The position numbers and the translations under genes were made by a program. A DNA stretch of 63,961 nt, the filler included, from Candidatus Rokuibacteriota bacterium (GTDB taxonomy: Bacteria > JAUVQV01 > DATDCY01): the NCBI GenBank assembly GCA_031406795.1. It is 8 parts of 8 records of this genome, joined end to end, with 100 filler letters (N's around TTAATTAATTAA, not from the genome) between each part and the next. Parts side by side here need not be neighbours in the genome. Positions count along the whole stretch, not along the records: positions 46,860 to 51,758 come from JANOHV010000101.1; positions 51,859 to 59,594 come from JANOHV010000130.1; 6 more parts are not named here. One strand, 5' to 3'. This document shows positions 47,222-59,694 of this stretch, piece after piece. The notes beneath the pieces were generated by a model. That model was not told where the DNA came from and searched no databases. It worked only from the letters and a program-made list of their open reading frames with translations. Position 1 is the first letter of the stretch; each line of letters starts with the position of its first letter.

Positions 47222-49042
47222 TCAGGGGGAATGCCGATGTTTCCGCCTGGCCCGCTTGAGGTTGGCCCCGGCCTCTTCGTAGCCGGGGCTGAGGCGAACC
47301 GCCTCCTCGAAGTGGCGGATTGCCTCGTCCAGACGGCCGAGGACTGCGAGCGAGACGCCCAGGTTGTTATGCGCCTCGCTGTAGGTGGGTTCGAGAGCCA
47401 GTGCCGTACGGTAGTGGGCAATGGCCTCGGTGGTGCGGCCCATGCCGTCGAGTGTCCTGCCGAGGTGGTACTGGATCCTGGCGACGCGTGGCTCGAGGGC
47501 AGCCGCGCGGGAGAACAGCGCGAGGGCCTCGGGCAGGTCCCCCTTCGCGACGTACTGCAGCCCGAGGTTGGTCAGGGCCTCGGCATCCCGCGGGGTGGCC
47601 CGAACGACGGCCGCGAAATGGATCAGAGCCTCGTCGATCTCGCCGAGCTCCGCCAGGGCCAGTCCGAGATTGTACCGGGCGTCGAGAAATGTCGGACTCA
47701 GTGCAACCGAGGTGCGCAGCAGGGGGACTGCTGCCGCAGGCTGGTGCTGCAGTAGCAGATCCATGCCCTTCAGGTTGTAAGCAACGTAGTTGCGCGGGTC
47801 GATCGACAACAGGTGGTTCGACAGGGTTTGGGTGTTCTGCCAGTGCCCTGCCTGCCGGTACGTAAGTATGGTGAGTGTCACGAGGATCGCCCCGACAATT
47901 ACGCGCCTTGCCACGGTCCCCGGCCCGGATGGCTGCGTCCGGGAACGCGCTTCCCAGGCGATCGCCACGAAGAGGCCGATGAGGGGGAGATAGCTGTAGC
48001 GGTCCGCCATCGCTTGACGCCCGACCTGGACGACGCCGATGACGGGAACGAGCATTCCCAAGAACCAGAGCCACCCGGTTGCCAGCCAGGGGCGGCGCCT
48101 GCAAAGCGCGACGGCGGCTGCGGAGATCAGCGCGAGAACCAGGAGGCACGCGGCTACCTGCCAGACGGGAAGGGTGCCCAGCGGGTGTGGGTAAAAGTAG
48201 ATGAGGTCCCGAGGCCAGAACATCTTTCCCAGATAGCGTACGTATGCGACGATGGCGTTACTCACGCGCGCCGACAGCGGGAAGAAGTCGCTGTCCGTCA
48301 TCGCGCCGCCCTGCTTCTGGGCGATATAGGTGACAAAGGCGGAAATCGCGGTCAGCGCCAGCAATGGAATTTTTTCCACGAAGAGGCGTCCGACGACGGC
48401 CGCCTGCGGTCGCCTCGGCCCGGCGGCGGAGGAAAAACGGCCCAGGGGCCACCAGTCAAGGAGCAGCAGCACGAAGGGGAGGGTCACGAGCATCGGCTTG
48501 GCCATGAGACCGAGGACAAAGGCCAGGACGACCGCCAGGTAGCGGGCGATCCCCGGCTTCTTCAGGTACCGCAGATAGGCCAGCAGCGTCAGCATCGCGA
48601 AGAGGCCCGACAGGACGTCCTTGCGCTCGGAAATCCAGGCAACGGATTCCACGTGGAGGGGATGGATCGAGAAGAGGGCCGCGACGAGGAAGCTGGGCCA
48701 CAGCGCGCCGGACATGCCGGCGAGGAGGAGCAGGAGCAGGACGGCGGATGTCGCGTGGAGCGCGAGGTTCGTCAGGTGATGCGGGCCGGGCTTCAGGCCG
48801 AAAAGAGTCACGTCGAGCATGTGGGAGACCCAGGTGAGCGGGTGCCAATTGCCGGCGTCGAAGGTGGTGAGCGCCCAGCCGATCCCCGCCGGGTGCAGGC
48901 CCTTGAGAACGGTCGGGTTTTGGGTGACGTAATCGAGGTCGTCGTAGCTGACGAAGCCGGCGTTCTTGACCGGCAGGAAGGCTGCACCTGTCAGGAAGAC
49001 GAGCACGAGGATCGCCGCCCAGGTGCGCCTCTTCCCGCTCAC
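47222..49042 (-). CDS. TMTC-like GT-C membrane protein with C-terminal TPRs
   Basis: FVSYDD, NWHPLT, HPLHVESVAWISERKD and ADRYSYLP motifs; TPR tail. Confidence 0.88.
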   Translation of the reverse strand: MSGKRRTWAAILVLVFLTGAAFLPVKNAGFVSYDDLDYVTQNPTVLKGLHPAGIGWALTTFDAGNWHPLTWVSHMLDVTLFGLKPGPHHLTNLALHATSAVLLLLLLAGMSGALWPSFLVAALFSIHPLHVESVAWISERKDVLSGLFAMLTLLAYLRYLKKPGIARYLAVVLAFVLGLMAKPMLVTLPFVLLLLDWWPLGRFSSAAGPRRPQAAVVGRLFVEKIPLLALTAISAFVTYIAQKQGGAMTDSDFFPLSARVSNAIVAYVRYLGKMFWPRDLIYFYPHPLGTLPVWQVAACLLVLALISAAAVALCRRRPWLATGWLWFLGMLVPVIGVVQVGRQAMADRYSYLPLIGLFVAIAWEARSRTQPSGPGTVARRVIVGAILVTLTILTYRQAGHWQNTQTLSNHLLSIDPRNYVAYNLKGMDLLLQHQPAAAVPLLRTSVALSPTFLDARYNLGLALAELGEIDEALIHFAAVVRATPRDAEALTNLGLQYVAKGDLPEALALFSRAAALEPRVARIQYHLGRTLDGMGRTTEAIAHYRTALALEPTYSEAHNNLGVSLAVLGRLDEAIRHFEEAVRLSPGYEEAGANLKRARRKHRHSP

Positions 49043-50535
49043 TCGCTCGCGCCCGCGGTTGATGGCGGGCCGGGAGCGGGCGCTCCTGCAGCTGCAATCC
49101 GGGACTTCGCCCAGGGAGCATACCGGATCCGGTCCTGCGCGTAGGTCCCGGCGAAGCCCGCGTACACCCGCGTCGGGACATCGAACGCGTCAAGGAACCC
49201 CCCGATGTCGGCGTCCGGCCCTTTTTGCTCAAGCTCCCGGGTCGCGCTCTCGCCCCACCAGTTCTCCGTGGCATCGACGGTCCCGCCGATCACGGCACCG
49301 TCCGAGAGCGAACCTTCGGGTGGCGGCGGGATCCCCCTGCGCTCACTGCGGCCCTGGCCTTGCTGCGTCAGACCGCGTTGCGGCTTGTTGCCGGCGCGCT
49401 TCTCCCAGTCCGCCGACATCATATCCCCGAGCTCGAGTTGAATCTTATTGTCGAAGATGTTGTTGTCGTGGATTTCGGCGTACGACGAGGTCTGGAGGTA
49501 GATGCCCCGCTTGTTGCCGGAGATGAGGTTGTTCCGGATCACGGCGTTGGAGAGCTGGACGCAGGTGACGCCGGCGCCGTTGCTCTCGATGGTGTTGCCC
49601 TTGATGAGCGGCCGGCTCCCCTGGAAGCAGACAATGCCGTCCCTGTTGCCGGAGACAACGTTCCCCGAGATCTCCGGGTTGGAGAACTGCTGGCAGAGAA
49701 TCCCGAGGTCTCCGGCCTCAATCCGGTTGCCCTGTATCGGCTGGCCACCGTTCACCTGGGTCAGAACGATCCCCCTGCCGTTCTTCCGCAGGACGTTGTC
49801 TCGAAGCGAGGGTGAGGTGTTCGACAGGACGATGCCATTCTCACAGCCGGATATCGTCGCCCGCAGGACGGTGGGGACCGCACTGAGCGTGGCGGAGATG
49901 CCGAACGGGCCGCAGCGCTCGATGGTGGTGTCCTCGAGGAGCGGAGCGGAGCTGTTGATGCACTCGATGCCGCCGCCGCTCAGATCGGCGAGGCGGTTGT
50001 GCCGCAGGAGCGGCTCCGTTCCCCTGCCGTGCAGCACGATGCCTTTGATCCCGTCCCGGATCTCGCAGTACTCCACCCGGTGCCTGCCCGCGCCGATCGC
50101 GATGCCAGTGGCGCCGGTGACGAGGCAGCGGACAATCCGGGAGCGGTCGTCGGCGCCGACGAGGGTGATTCCCGCCCAGGCGCCGGGGGGCGCGTCGGGT
50201 GTCGCCGATCCGAGGCGGATCGGCTGCTCCGCCGTCCCCTCGGCGACGAGCGCACCGTGAACCAGCAGGCCAGCGCCGTCCTGGAAGTGTATTTCCGCCC
50301 CGGGGCTGATCGTCAACGTGGCCTCCGGAGCGACAATGATGTTCTGCTCGACGATCACCCGGCCAGCCCAGACGGCGTTGGCATTGACGGGGTCGCGCAC
50401 CGTGAGGCCGGCACGCTCTCCGGCGGCGGCGCTCCGAGTTGCCGCACACGCCACGAGCAGGCAGAGGACGGGAAGCAACGCCCGCCCTGCCGACAGGTGC
50501 CGCGAGACGGGGTAGGCGGCGGCTTCATGCTTCAT
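49039..50535 (-). CDS. Secreted right-handed parallel beta-helix (NosD-like) protein
   Basis: LTISPG and WAGI motifs, repeated I.GN.I..N..GI, VDATENWWG. Confidence 0.8.
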   Translation of the reverse strand: MKHEAAAYPVSRHLSAGRALLPVLCLLVACAATRSAAAGERAGLTVRDPVNANAVWAGRVIVEQNIIVAPEATLTISPGAEIHFQDGAGLLVHGALVAEGTAEQPIRLGSATPDAPPGAWAGITLVGADDRSRIVRCLVTGATGIAIGAGRHRVEYCEIRDGIKGIVLHGRGTEPLLRHNRLADLSGGGIECINSSAPLLEDTTIERCGPFGISATLSAVPTVLRATISGCENGIVLSNTSPSLRDNVLRKNGRGIVLTQVNGGQPIQGNRIEAGDLGILCQQFSNPEISGNVVSGNRDGIVCFQGSRPLIKGNTIESNGAGVTCVQLSNAVIRNNLISGNKRGIYLQTSSYAEIHDNNIFDNKIQLELGDMMSADWEKRAGNKPQRGLTQQGQGRSERRGIPPPPEGSLSDGAVIGGTVDATENWWGESATRELEQKGPDADIGGFLDAFDVPTRVYAGFAGTYAQDRIRYAPWAKSRIAAAGAPAPGPPSTAGASE

Positions 50536-50710
50536 CGTGTGTTCTAGCATAGCGCTGCGGTTATGTACGTCAAGAACGTGATCGCGGTTACCGGATGGCG
50601 GGGGCCCCGGGGCATCGCTGGGAAACGACTGGCGGCGGGCCGGGAGGCTTTGGGAACAGGTATACTTTCGGCCGGGCGCACCAATGGGCTCGCGGCGAGG
50701 GGGGGAGAGC

Positions 50711-51758
50711 ATGTCCGGGCGGAGGAGACGACGGGAAAGCGCCCGCCCCGGGGAGCCTCGCCCGGCCGAGCCAGAGGACGGGCAGATCGGTCGGAATGCC
50801 GGAGTTGGCGGAAATATGCTCGCCGGCCGGCCGGGTCACCCCCGGCAGGGTTTGCTGCTGCGGATCCTTCTCGCGTTGCTGGTCCTGGCCGCGTTCGCGA
50901 ACTCGTTCCCGGGAGCCTATCTCTCGGACGATTACCCGATCGTGCTGAACAACCCTCTGGTAATCCAGCCGCGCCTTTCGGCGATTTTGACCGCAGATTA
51001 CTGGGGGGAGGGGGTCAACATGAACCATCACCGGCCGTTGACCATCCTCTCCTATGTCATCAACCGCGCCCTCTTCGGCCCCGGGGCCTTCTCGTTTCAC
51101 CTGGTGAACGTTCTGCTGCATGCCGGGGTGACGCTGGTGTTATATGAAACGCTCCTGGCCCTCGGGATCGGGACCGCCGTGGGCTGGGCGGCGGCGGCTC
51201 TGTTCGCCGTGCACCCGATTCACACCGAAACCGTGAACATCATCACCGGGCGGTCGGAACTGCTGACGGCCCTCTTCATGCTTCTCGGGCTGCTGCTGGC
51301 GCGCCGCGCCGGCCGGTTGCTGCTTCCGGCGGTTGGTGCGTGTCACGCCGCAGCCCTGCTGTCGAAGGAGAGCGCGGTGATCTTCCCGCTACTGCTGCTG
51401 ATCTCGGACGCCTTCCGGGAGCGCGATCTTGGAGCGTTGCTGCGGCGCCGCTGGCGCCTTTACGCACAGTCGGTGGCGCTCACCGCGGCCTGGCTGGCGA
51501 TGCGTCAATGGGGGCTCCCCTCCGCGGCGCTCCCATCTCATCTCTCGGTGCGATCCCTGGACAATCCCCTGTTGGACCTCTCGATGCCCTGGCACCTGGC
51601 GACAGCGCTCAAGGTGCAGCTGCTCTATCTGGGGAAACTCGTCTTCCCGTTGCGGCTGCACGCGGTGTACGTCGACCGGATGCTGGGGCCGGTGACGGGA
51701 GCCGGCGACCTCTCCTGGGTGCCGGTGCTGCTGGTGGCGACGGCTCTTCTGGGTCTCG
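50711..51758 (+). CDS. TMTC-like GT-C membrane protein, 3'-truncated
   Basis: YLSDD, HRPLT, FHLVNVLLH, HPIHTETV..GRSE and LSKESA motifs. Confidence 0.85.
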
Positions 51759-51858
51759 NNNNNNNNNNNNNNNNNNNNNNNNNNNNNNNNNNNNNNNNNN
51801 NNTTAATTAATTAANNNNNNNNNNNNNNNNNNNNNNNNNNNNNNNNNNNNNNNNNNNN

Positions 51859-52841
51859 CGGGCCGGGTCGGGGATGCCGGCGGTCTTGAGGATGGGGCCG
51901 ATCAGGCGCTTGTTCAGGAATCCGACCAGCGCGAGTTCGGCTCCGGCCGCCTGGTGCCCCCCGAAACGCCGGCGCAGCAGCGCGGCCAGTTCGCGCGCCG
52001 CGTATTCCGGGCAGATGTCCAATCGCACGGTCGTTCCTTCGCCGTGCTGCGCCCGCTCGCCGGCGCGGCGGCTCAAATCGAGGATCGGCGGACCCGAAAG
52101 GCCGGTCTCGGTGAAGAGGATCTCGCCGCAGGCGAAGCTCGCCGGGACGAGAGGGGGGTGCTCGCCGCTGGCGCAGTCCCGCCCTCCGGACACGAGCGCG
52201 GCCGTGCCCTCGACCTTCACGCCCTTGAGGTGCTTCAGGAACGGCGAGGAGACGCGGATCCGCGTCAGGGCGGGGAAGGGGGGGATCAGCTGGTGGCCGA
52301 GCGGTCGAACCAGCTCGTAACCGCTCCCGTTCGAGCCGAGCTGGGGCGAGGCCCGCCCGCCGCTGGCGAGCACCACGGCGTCGCACCGGAGGGTCTCCCC
52401 GGGTACGGCGACCTCCCACCCGCCGCGGCGCGGCTCCAGACGGGCGACCGGAGCCTCGCAACGCGTCGCCACGCCGAGGCGCGCCAGTTCGTGGCGCAGC
52501 ACGTCGAGGACGGCGGCGGCCTGGCCCGAGCGCGGGAAGATCTTGCCGGCCTCCTCCTCGCGCGGTTCGATGCCGAGGTCCCGGAAAAAGGCGAGGGTCG
52601 CCGCGAGGTCGAACGCCGTCAGCGCGGCGCCGGCGAAGCCGGGCTCCCGACCGTGGAACCGGCGCGGCTCGAGGCGGGCGTTGGTGAAATTGCAGCGGCC
52701 GTTGCCCGTCACCAGCAGCTTCTTGCCGACGCGGGGCAGGCGCTCGAGAACGGTGACCGCGGCGCCGAGGCGCGCCGCGCCGATCGCCGCGACCAGGCCG
52801 GCTGCGCCGCCGCCGACGACGATCACCTGTCGCTTGTTCAT
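51859..52841 (-). CDS. HI0933/BaiN-family flavoprotein, 3'-truncated
   Basis: GGGAAG, GKKLLVTGNGRCNFTN and LFTETGLSGP motifs. Confidence 0.92.
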
Positions 52842-52855
52842 CCGGCGCCCGCGGG

Positions 52856-53497
52856 CTAGCGCTGCTTAGCGACGTAGAAGGTCAGGACGCACCCGGCGCT
52901 CAGCAGCCCGGTGGCGACCCAGAAGAGCGGGATGTGCCAGCGCGACCCCTGCAGCGCGACGAGGTCGAACGTGAAGAGCACGATCCCCAGATGCAGCAAT
53001 GAGGACCCCGCGCGCAGGGCGAGCCCGCGGCCGGCGAAGTGCAGGCGCGCGCCGGCGAGCACGAAGGCAAGGATCGCCGTCTGGAGCAGCGCCGAGAGCC
53101 CGAGCACGAGGCCGAGCGCGAAGCGCGGTCCGCCGCCGGGGAGGGCGTCGCGGCCGAGCGCGTGCATCACCGCCGGGTAGGCCGGCAGGGCGGCGAGGCC
53201 GAGCGCGAGCATGCCCGCGGAGTAGCCGAGCAGGACCCGCCTCGAGAAGAGCCGCTTCGGGATGCAGAGCACGAGCCACAGGATGAGCAGCACGACGAGC
53301 GGCGTGGCGAGGCGGTTCATCATCTCCTGGAAGGCGGGCACCGACCAGTCCGGGCGCGCGGCGTTCAGCTTGTAGTAGAACATCCCCCAGAGCGCGAGTG
53401 CGCCGAAGGCGGCCAGCGTGACCGCCGTCAGCAGCACGAGCGCCAGGTCCCAGCCGATCGCCCGCCGTACACGGATTGACTTCTGTCCGTTGCTCAC
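52856..53497 (-). CDS. Hypothetical multi-pass membrane protein
   Basis: About six hydrophobic segments; GTG start with GAGG RBS; co-oriented after the CcsA-like gene. Confidence 0.7.
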   Translation of the reverse strand: MSNGQKSIRVRRAIGWDLALVLLTAVTLAAFGALALWGMFYYKLNAARPDWSVPAFQEMMNRLATPLVVLLILWLVLCIPKRLFSRRVLLGYSAGMLALGLAALPAYPAVMHALGRDALPGGGPRFALGLVLGLSALLQTAILAFVLAGARLHFAGRGLALRAGSSLLHLGIVLFTFDLVALQGSRWHIPLFWVATGLLSAGCVLTFYVAKQR

Positions 53498-53525
53498 GTG
53501 AATGCCCTCGCCTCTGGTACGGAGA

Positions 53526-53644
53526 GACTGCCGAGAAGGGTCCAGATGCAAGGCGCACGACGTGGCGGATGCTGAGGCGGGCTCGTGCCCGCCGCAGGCA
53601 GATGCAAGGAGTGCAACGCCGCAGATGGGCCCTTGTCGGCGGTC
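53526..53644. repeat. Longer member of the MITE-like family, copy 3
   Basis: GACTGCCGAGAAGGGTCCAGATGCAAGGC...CAACGCCGCAGATGGGCCCTTGTCGGCGGTC with an internal hairpin. Confidence 0.72.
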
Positions 53645-53645
53645 G

Positions 53646-54701
53646 TCATTGGAAGGTATGCTCGCCGGGGAAGTACCAGGCCATGAAGTACGTGAAGATC
53701 AGCGAGAGGTAGCAGAGGATGCCGAACCCGGCGTGCAGGAACCAGACGCGCCGCCGGTGCACGTACAGCCGCGTGTGCAGGAAGCCCGAGTACAGCAGCC
53801 ACATCATGATCGAGGCGGCGATCTTCGGGTCCCACCACCAGTTCGGCCCCCAGGCCTGCAGCGCCCACGGGTAGCCGATCAGCATGCCGACGGTGAGCAG
53901 CAGGTAGCCGAGCTTGGCGTAGAAGTAGGCTTCGCGCTCCTGCTCGCGGCGCGCCGAGAAGAGCATGAAGACGCACGCCGCGAAGGTCACGGTCAGCAGC
54001 GCATAGGCCACGAAGAGCATCGGCGGGTGGATCCACATGTACGGTGCGTTGTAGTAGAAGATCATGCGCGGGTAGATTTTGAAGAACAGCTGCACCTTGA
54101 GGCCGATGTTCGCCCCGGCCGCGAACCAGGGCTCGATCTCGCCGCGAAATTGCGCGAGCGGCGCCGTGAAGGGTTTCGCGAAGAAGACGACCCCGGCGAG
54201 ATAGACCATCAGTCCGAGATAGAGCGCGGTGCGAAACGGCCGGGCGGCGCGACGGGCGAAGGGGTAGATCAGCGCGAGGCCGTAGACCAGCGCCCAGAAG
54301 AAGAACTTCTCCCCTTCGATCCACAGCGGGATCGCGTAGCGCGGCGGGTTCGTCCAGTCCACCGCCGGAAGGCTGCCGCGGCCGGCCGCCGCCATGGCCG
54401 CGAACTGGGCGTTGATCCAGGCGCCGGCACGGGCGTCGAGCGCCAGCGGCAGGTCGCTCCAGATGCGAACGTGGTACCAGGCGAGCAGCGCGAAGGAGGC
54501 GACGAGGGCGCCGATGACGGCGGACAGGAGCCAGCCCTCGGTTCGGTCCGGTCCCTCCGCGGCGGCCCCGGCGCGGCGCGCCAGCAGCGGCAGGGCCGTC
54601 CGTGCGAGAAGCGCGAGTCCCGCGAGTGCGGCCACCCAGAGCAGCCACGGCCCGACACGCTCGAGCAGGGCCGTTGCTGCCGTAAACTTTTGCGGGAACA
54701 T
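53646..54701 (-). CDS. Cytochrome c biogenesis protein, CcsA/CcmF (WWD) family
   Basis: WIHPPMLF and WALQAWG..WWWDPK...WLLY...LH motifs. Confidence 0.82.
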   Translation of the reverse strand: MFPQKFTAATALLERVGPWLLWVAALAGLALLARTALPLLARRAGAAAEGPDRTEGWLLSAVIGALVASFALLAWYHVRIWSDLPLALDARAGAWINAQFAAMAAAGRGSLPAVDWTNPPRYAIPLWIEGEKFFFWALVYGLALIYPFARRAARPFRTALYLGLMVYLAGVVFFAKPFTAPLAQFRGEIEPWFAAGANIGLKVQLFFKIYPRMIFYYNAPYMWIHPPMLFVAYALLTVTFAACVFMLFSARREQEREAYFYAKLGYLLLTVGMLIGYPWALQAWGPNWWWDPKIAASIMMWLLYSGFLHTRLYVHRRRVWFLHAGFGILCYLSLIFTYFMAWYFPGEHTFQ

Positions 54702-54721
54702 GCGGCGTGTCGGCTACCCGA

Positions 54722-56527
<1,806 letters not shown>

Positions 56528-56574
56528 TCAACTGATCCGCGCGTTACCCGCGGATTTGGGCCAGGTATCCGGGT

Positions 56575-56603
56575 TTGACGGGAAGCCCGTGCGTCCCTAC
56601 CAT
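56575..56603 (+). promoter_or_regulatory. Sigma70-type promoter of polA
   Basis: TTGACG-17 nt-TACCAT. Confidence 0.55.
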
Positions 56604-56674
56604 GCGGGCAGCGAGGTGAAATCCGGCAAGGTTCCGGCCGCCGGAGAGGCGGCGGACCCGGGGGTGGGAACGAG

Positions 56675-59407
56675 ATGACGCACGACCGCAAGCGGCTCTA
56701 CCTCATCGACGGCAACTCCTACATCTACCGGGCGTTTCATGCGATCCGGAACCTCGCGAACTCCAAGGGCTTCCCGACCAACGCGGTCTACGGCTTCGCG
56801 ACGATGCTGCAGAAGATCGTCCGCGAGGAGCAACCGGACTTCCTCGCGGTGGTGTTCGACACGAAGGGGCCGACCACGCGCCACGCCTACTTTCCGCAAT
56901 ACAAGGCCACCCGGCCGCCGATGCCCGAGGGCCTGGTGCCGCAGATCCCGGTCATCTGGGACCTGGTGCGGGCCTACCGGATTCCGGTGATCCAGCAGGA
57001 GGGGATCGAGGCGGACGACCTGCTCGCCGCCGCGGCCCGCGCGGGGCTGGAGCACGACCTGGACGTCGTGCTCGTCAGCGGGGACAAGGATCTGCTCCAG
57101 CTGGTCGGGCCGCACGTCACCGTGCTTGACACCATGAAGGAACGCCGTTGGACCGCCGCGGAGGTCGAGAACCGGTACGGGATCGGGCCGGACCGCCTGG
57201 TCCAGATGATGGCACTGATGGGCGACGCGATCGACAACGTGCCGGGCGTGCGGGGCGTCGGCGAGAAGACCGCGATCGAACTGGTGAAGCGGTTCGGGAC
57301 CCTCGAAGAGCTTTACGCCCGGATCGACGAGGTCAAGGGGGCGCGCCGCACGACGCTCGAAACCGGCCGGGAGAACGCCTTTCTCTCGCGGCGGCTGGTG
57401 ACCCTCGACCCGGGCGTGCCGTTCGACGCGAGTCTCGACGAACTGCGCCCGCAGCCGCCGGACACCGCAGCCGCGCTGGCGATCTTCCGGGAGATGGAGT
57501 TCTCGCGCCTCGTGCGCGAACTCGGCTCCGGGTCTGCGGCGTCGGCGCCGGCGTCGGCGGGAGCCGAGGCGGAGGGGCGCCGTCTCTCCGCCGAACGGCC
57601 CGCGCGCGACTACCGGCTGGTCTTGACCGCCGACGAACTCGACGCGCTCGCGCGCCTGCTGCGCTCCTCGGGCGGGTTCGCCGTCGATCTGGAGACGACG
57701 AGCCTCGAGCCGCTGCGCGCCGACATCGTCGGCCTCTCGTTCTCGGCGGCGCCGCACACGGCCTGGTACGTCCCGGTCGGGCATCGCTACCTCGGCGCGC
57801 CGGCGCAACTGCCGCTTGCCGGAGTGCTCGCCGCGCTCGGGCCGCTGCTGACCGACCCCGCGCTGCCGAAGTACGGCCAGAACATCAAGTACGACGCCCT
57901 GGTGCTCGCTCGCGCCGGCATCGAACTGGCCGGGATCGGGTTCGACACGATGGTCGCCTCCTACGTGATCAACCCGACGCGGCACCAGCACAACCTGACC
58001 GAACTGGCGCTCGAGTATCTCGGCGAGCAGGTGACGACCTACAAGGACGTGGCCGGCTCGGGGAAGAAGCAGATCTCGTTCGCCGAAGTGGAGGTCGAAA
58101 AGGCGCGCGACTACAGCGGTGAGGACGCCGACGTCGCCTGCCGGCTGACGCGGCTGCTGGCGCCGAAGATCGACGAGCTCGGCTTCCACGCGCTGTTCTA
58201 CGATCTGGAGCTGCCGCTGGTCGCGGTGCTCGCGCGCATGGAGCGCAACGGGGTCTGTATCGATTCCCAGCGGCTGCGCGACGGCTCGAAGGAGGCCGAC
58301 ATCCAGCTGCAGGAGCTGATGCGCCGGATCTGGGCGATCGCGGGGCAGGAGTTCAACATCAACTCGCCCAAGCAGCTCGGCGAGATCCTCTTCGACAAGC
58401 TCGGACTGCCGGTGGTCCGCCGGACCAAGACCGGCCGGTCGACCGACGAGGACGTGCTGACGCGGCTCGCGGCCAGCCACGAACTGCCCGCGGAGATTCT
58501 CGCGTGGCGCTCGCTCGCAAAGCTCAAGAACACCTATCTCGACGTGCTGCCGACCCTGGTCAATCCGGAGACCGGCCGCGTTCACACCTCCTTCAACCAG
58601 ACCGTGACGGCGACCGGGCGGCTCTCCTCCTCGGACCCGAACCTGCAGAACATCCCGGTGCGCACCGAACTCGGGCGGCGCATCCGCGAGTCTTTCACCG
58701 CCGCGCCGGGGAGCATCCTGGTCTCGGCCGACTACTCCCAGATCGAGCTGCGGATCATGGCCCACCTCTCGGGGGATGCCGAGCTGTGCGACTCCTTCCG
58801 CCGCGGCGAGGACATCCACGCGCGCACGGCGGCGCTGATGTTCGGCGGGGAGGCCGCCGCGGTGACCAGCGAGCAGCGGCGCGCCGCCAAGGCGATCAAC
58901 TTCGGGATCATCTACGGCATGGGAGCGTACGGGCTCTCGCAGCAGCTGGCAATCGACCAGAAGCAGGCGAAGGAGTTCATCGAGCGTTACTTCCAGCGCT
59001 ACCCGGGCGTGCGCGTCTGGCTCGACCGGACAATCGAGCAGGCGCGCCGCGCCGGCTACGTCGAGACGCTGCTCGGCCGGCGGCGCTACCTGCCGGAGAT
59101 CGCCTCGAAGAACCGCAGCGTCGCGCAGTTCGCCGAGCGCATGGCGATCAACACGCCGGTGCAGGGCACCGCGGCCGACATGATCAAGCAGGCGATGCTC
59201 GCGATCGACCGCGCGCTGCAGGAAAACCCCTTTTCCCGCGCGCTGATGGTGCTGCAGATCCACGACGAGCTGCTCTTCGAGGTGCCCGCGGGCGAAGCCG
59301 ACGGTCTCGTGGCGCTGGTGCGCGAGAAGATGGAGGGGGTCATGAAGCTCGTGGTGCCGGTGCGGGTCGACGTCGGCCGCGGGAAGAACTGGGCCGAGGC
59401 CCACTAA
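56675..59407 (+). CDS. polA: DNA polymerase I
   Basis: LIDGNSYIYRAFHA, TGRLSSSDPNLQNIP, DYSQIELR, KAINFGIIYG and QIHDEL motifs. Confidence 0.98.
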   Translation: MTHDRKRLYLIDGNSYIYRAFHAIRNLANSKGFPTNAVYGFATMLQKIVREEQPDFLAVVFDTKGPTTRHAYFPQYKATRPPMPEGLVPQIPVIWDLVRAYRIPVIQQEGIEADDLLAAAARAGLEHDLDVVLVSGDKDLLQLVGPHVTVLDTMKERRWTAAEVENRYGIGPDRLVQMMALMGDAIDNVPGVRGVGEKTAIELVKRFGTLEELYARIDEVKGARRTTLETGRENAFLSRRLVTLDPGVPFDASLDELRPQPPDTAAALAIFREMEFSRLVRELGSGSAASAPASAGAEAEGRRLSAERPARDYRLVLTADELDALARLLRSSGGFAVDLETTSLEPLRADIVGLSFSAAPHTAWYVPVGHRYLGAPAQLPLAGVLAALGPLLTDPALPKYGQNIKYDALVLARAGIELAGIGFDTMVASYVINPTRHQHNLTELALEYLGEQVTTYKDVAGSGKKQISFAEVEVEKARDYSGEDADVACRLTRLLAPKIDELGFHALFYDLELPLVAVLARMERNGVCIDSQRLRDGSKEADIQLQELMRRIWAIAGQEFNINSPKQLGEILFDKLGLPVVRRTKTGRSTDEDVLTRLAASHELPAEILAWRSLAKLKNTYLDVLPTLVNPETGRVHTSFNQTVTATGRLSSSDPNLQNIPVRTELGRRIRESFTAAPGSILVSADYSQIELRIMAHLSGDAELCDSFRRGEDIHARTAALMFGGEAAAVTSEQRRAAKAINFGIIYGMGAYGLSQQLAIDQKQAKEFIERYFQRYPGVRVWLDRTIEQARRAGYVETLLGRRRYLPEIASKNRSVAQFAERMAINTPVQGTAADMIKQAMLAIDRALQENPFSRALMVLQIHDELLFEVPAGEADGLVALVREKMEGVMKLVVPVRVDVGRGKNWAEAH

Positions 59408-59694
59408 CCCTCAGCTCATGACAGTCGCTGCGGCCTTACGGACCGGATGAGAACCGCACGGCTACGTCAAAGTCCGTCGGTCTCCCGAGGCGGCTCGGCG
59501 AGCAATGGTGGCACCCACGGGCCCAACCGTACGGCTACGGGGCTGATCCGGGTTGCGAGAGGGGTGCAAGAACGCGGCAGCGGGTGCCTGAGGGNNNNNN
59601 NNNNNNNNNNNNNNNNNNNNNNNNNNNNNNNNNNNNNNTTAATTAATTAANNNNNNNNNNNNNNNNNNNNNNNNNNNNNNNNNNNNNNNNNNNN

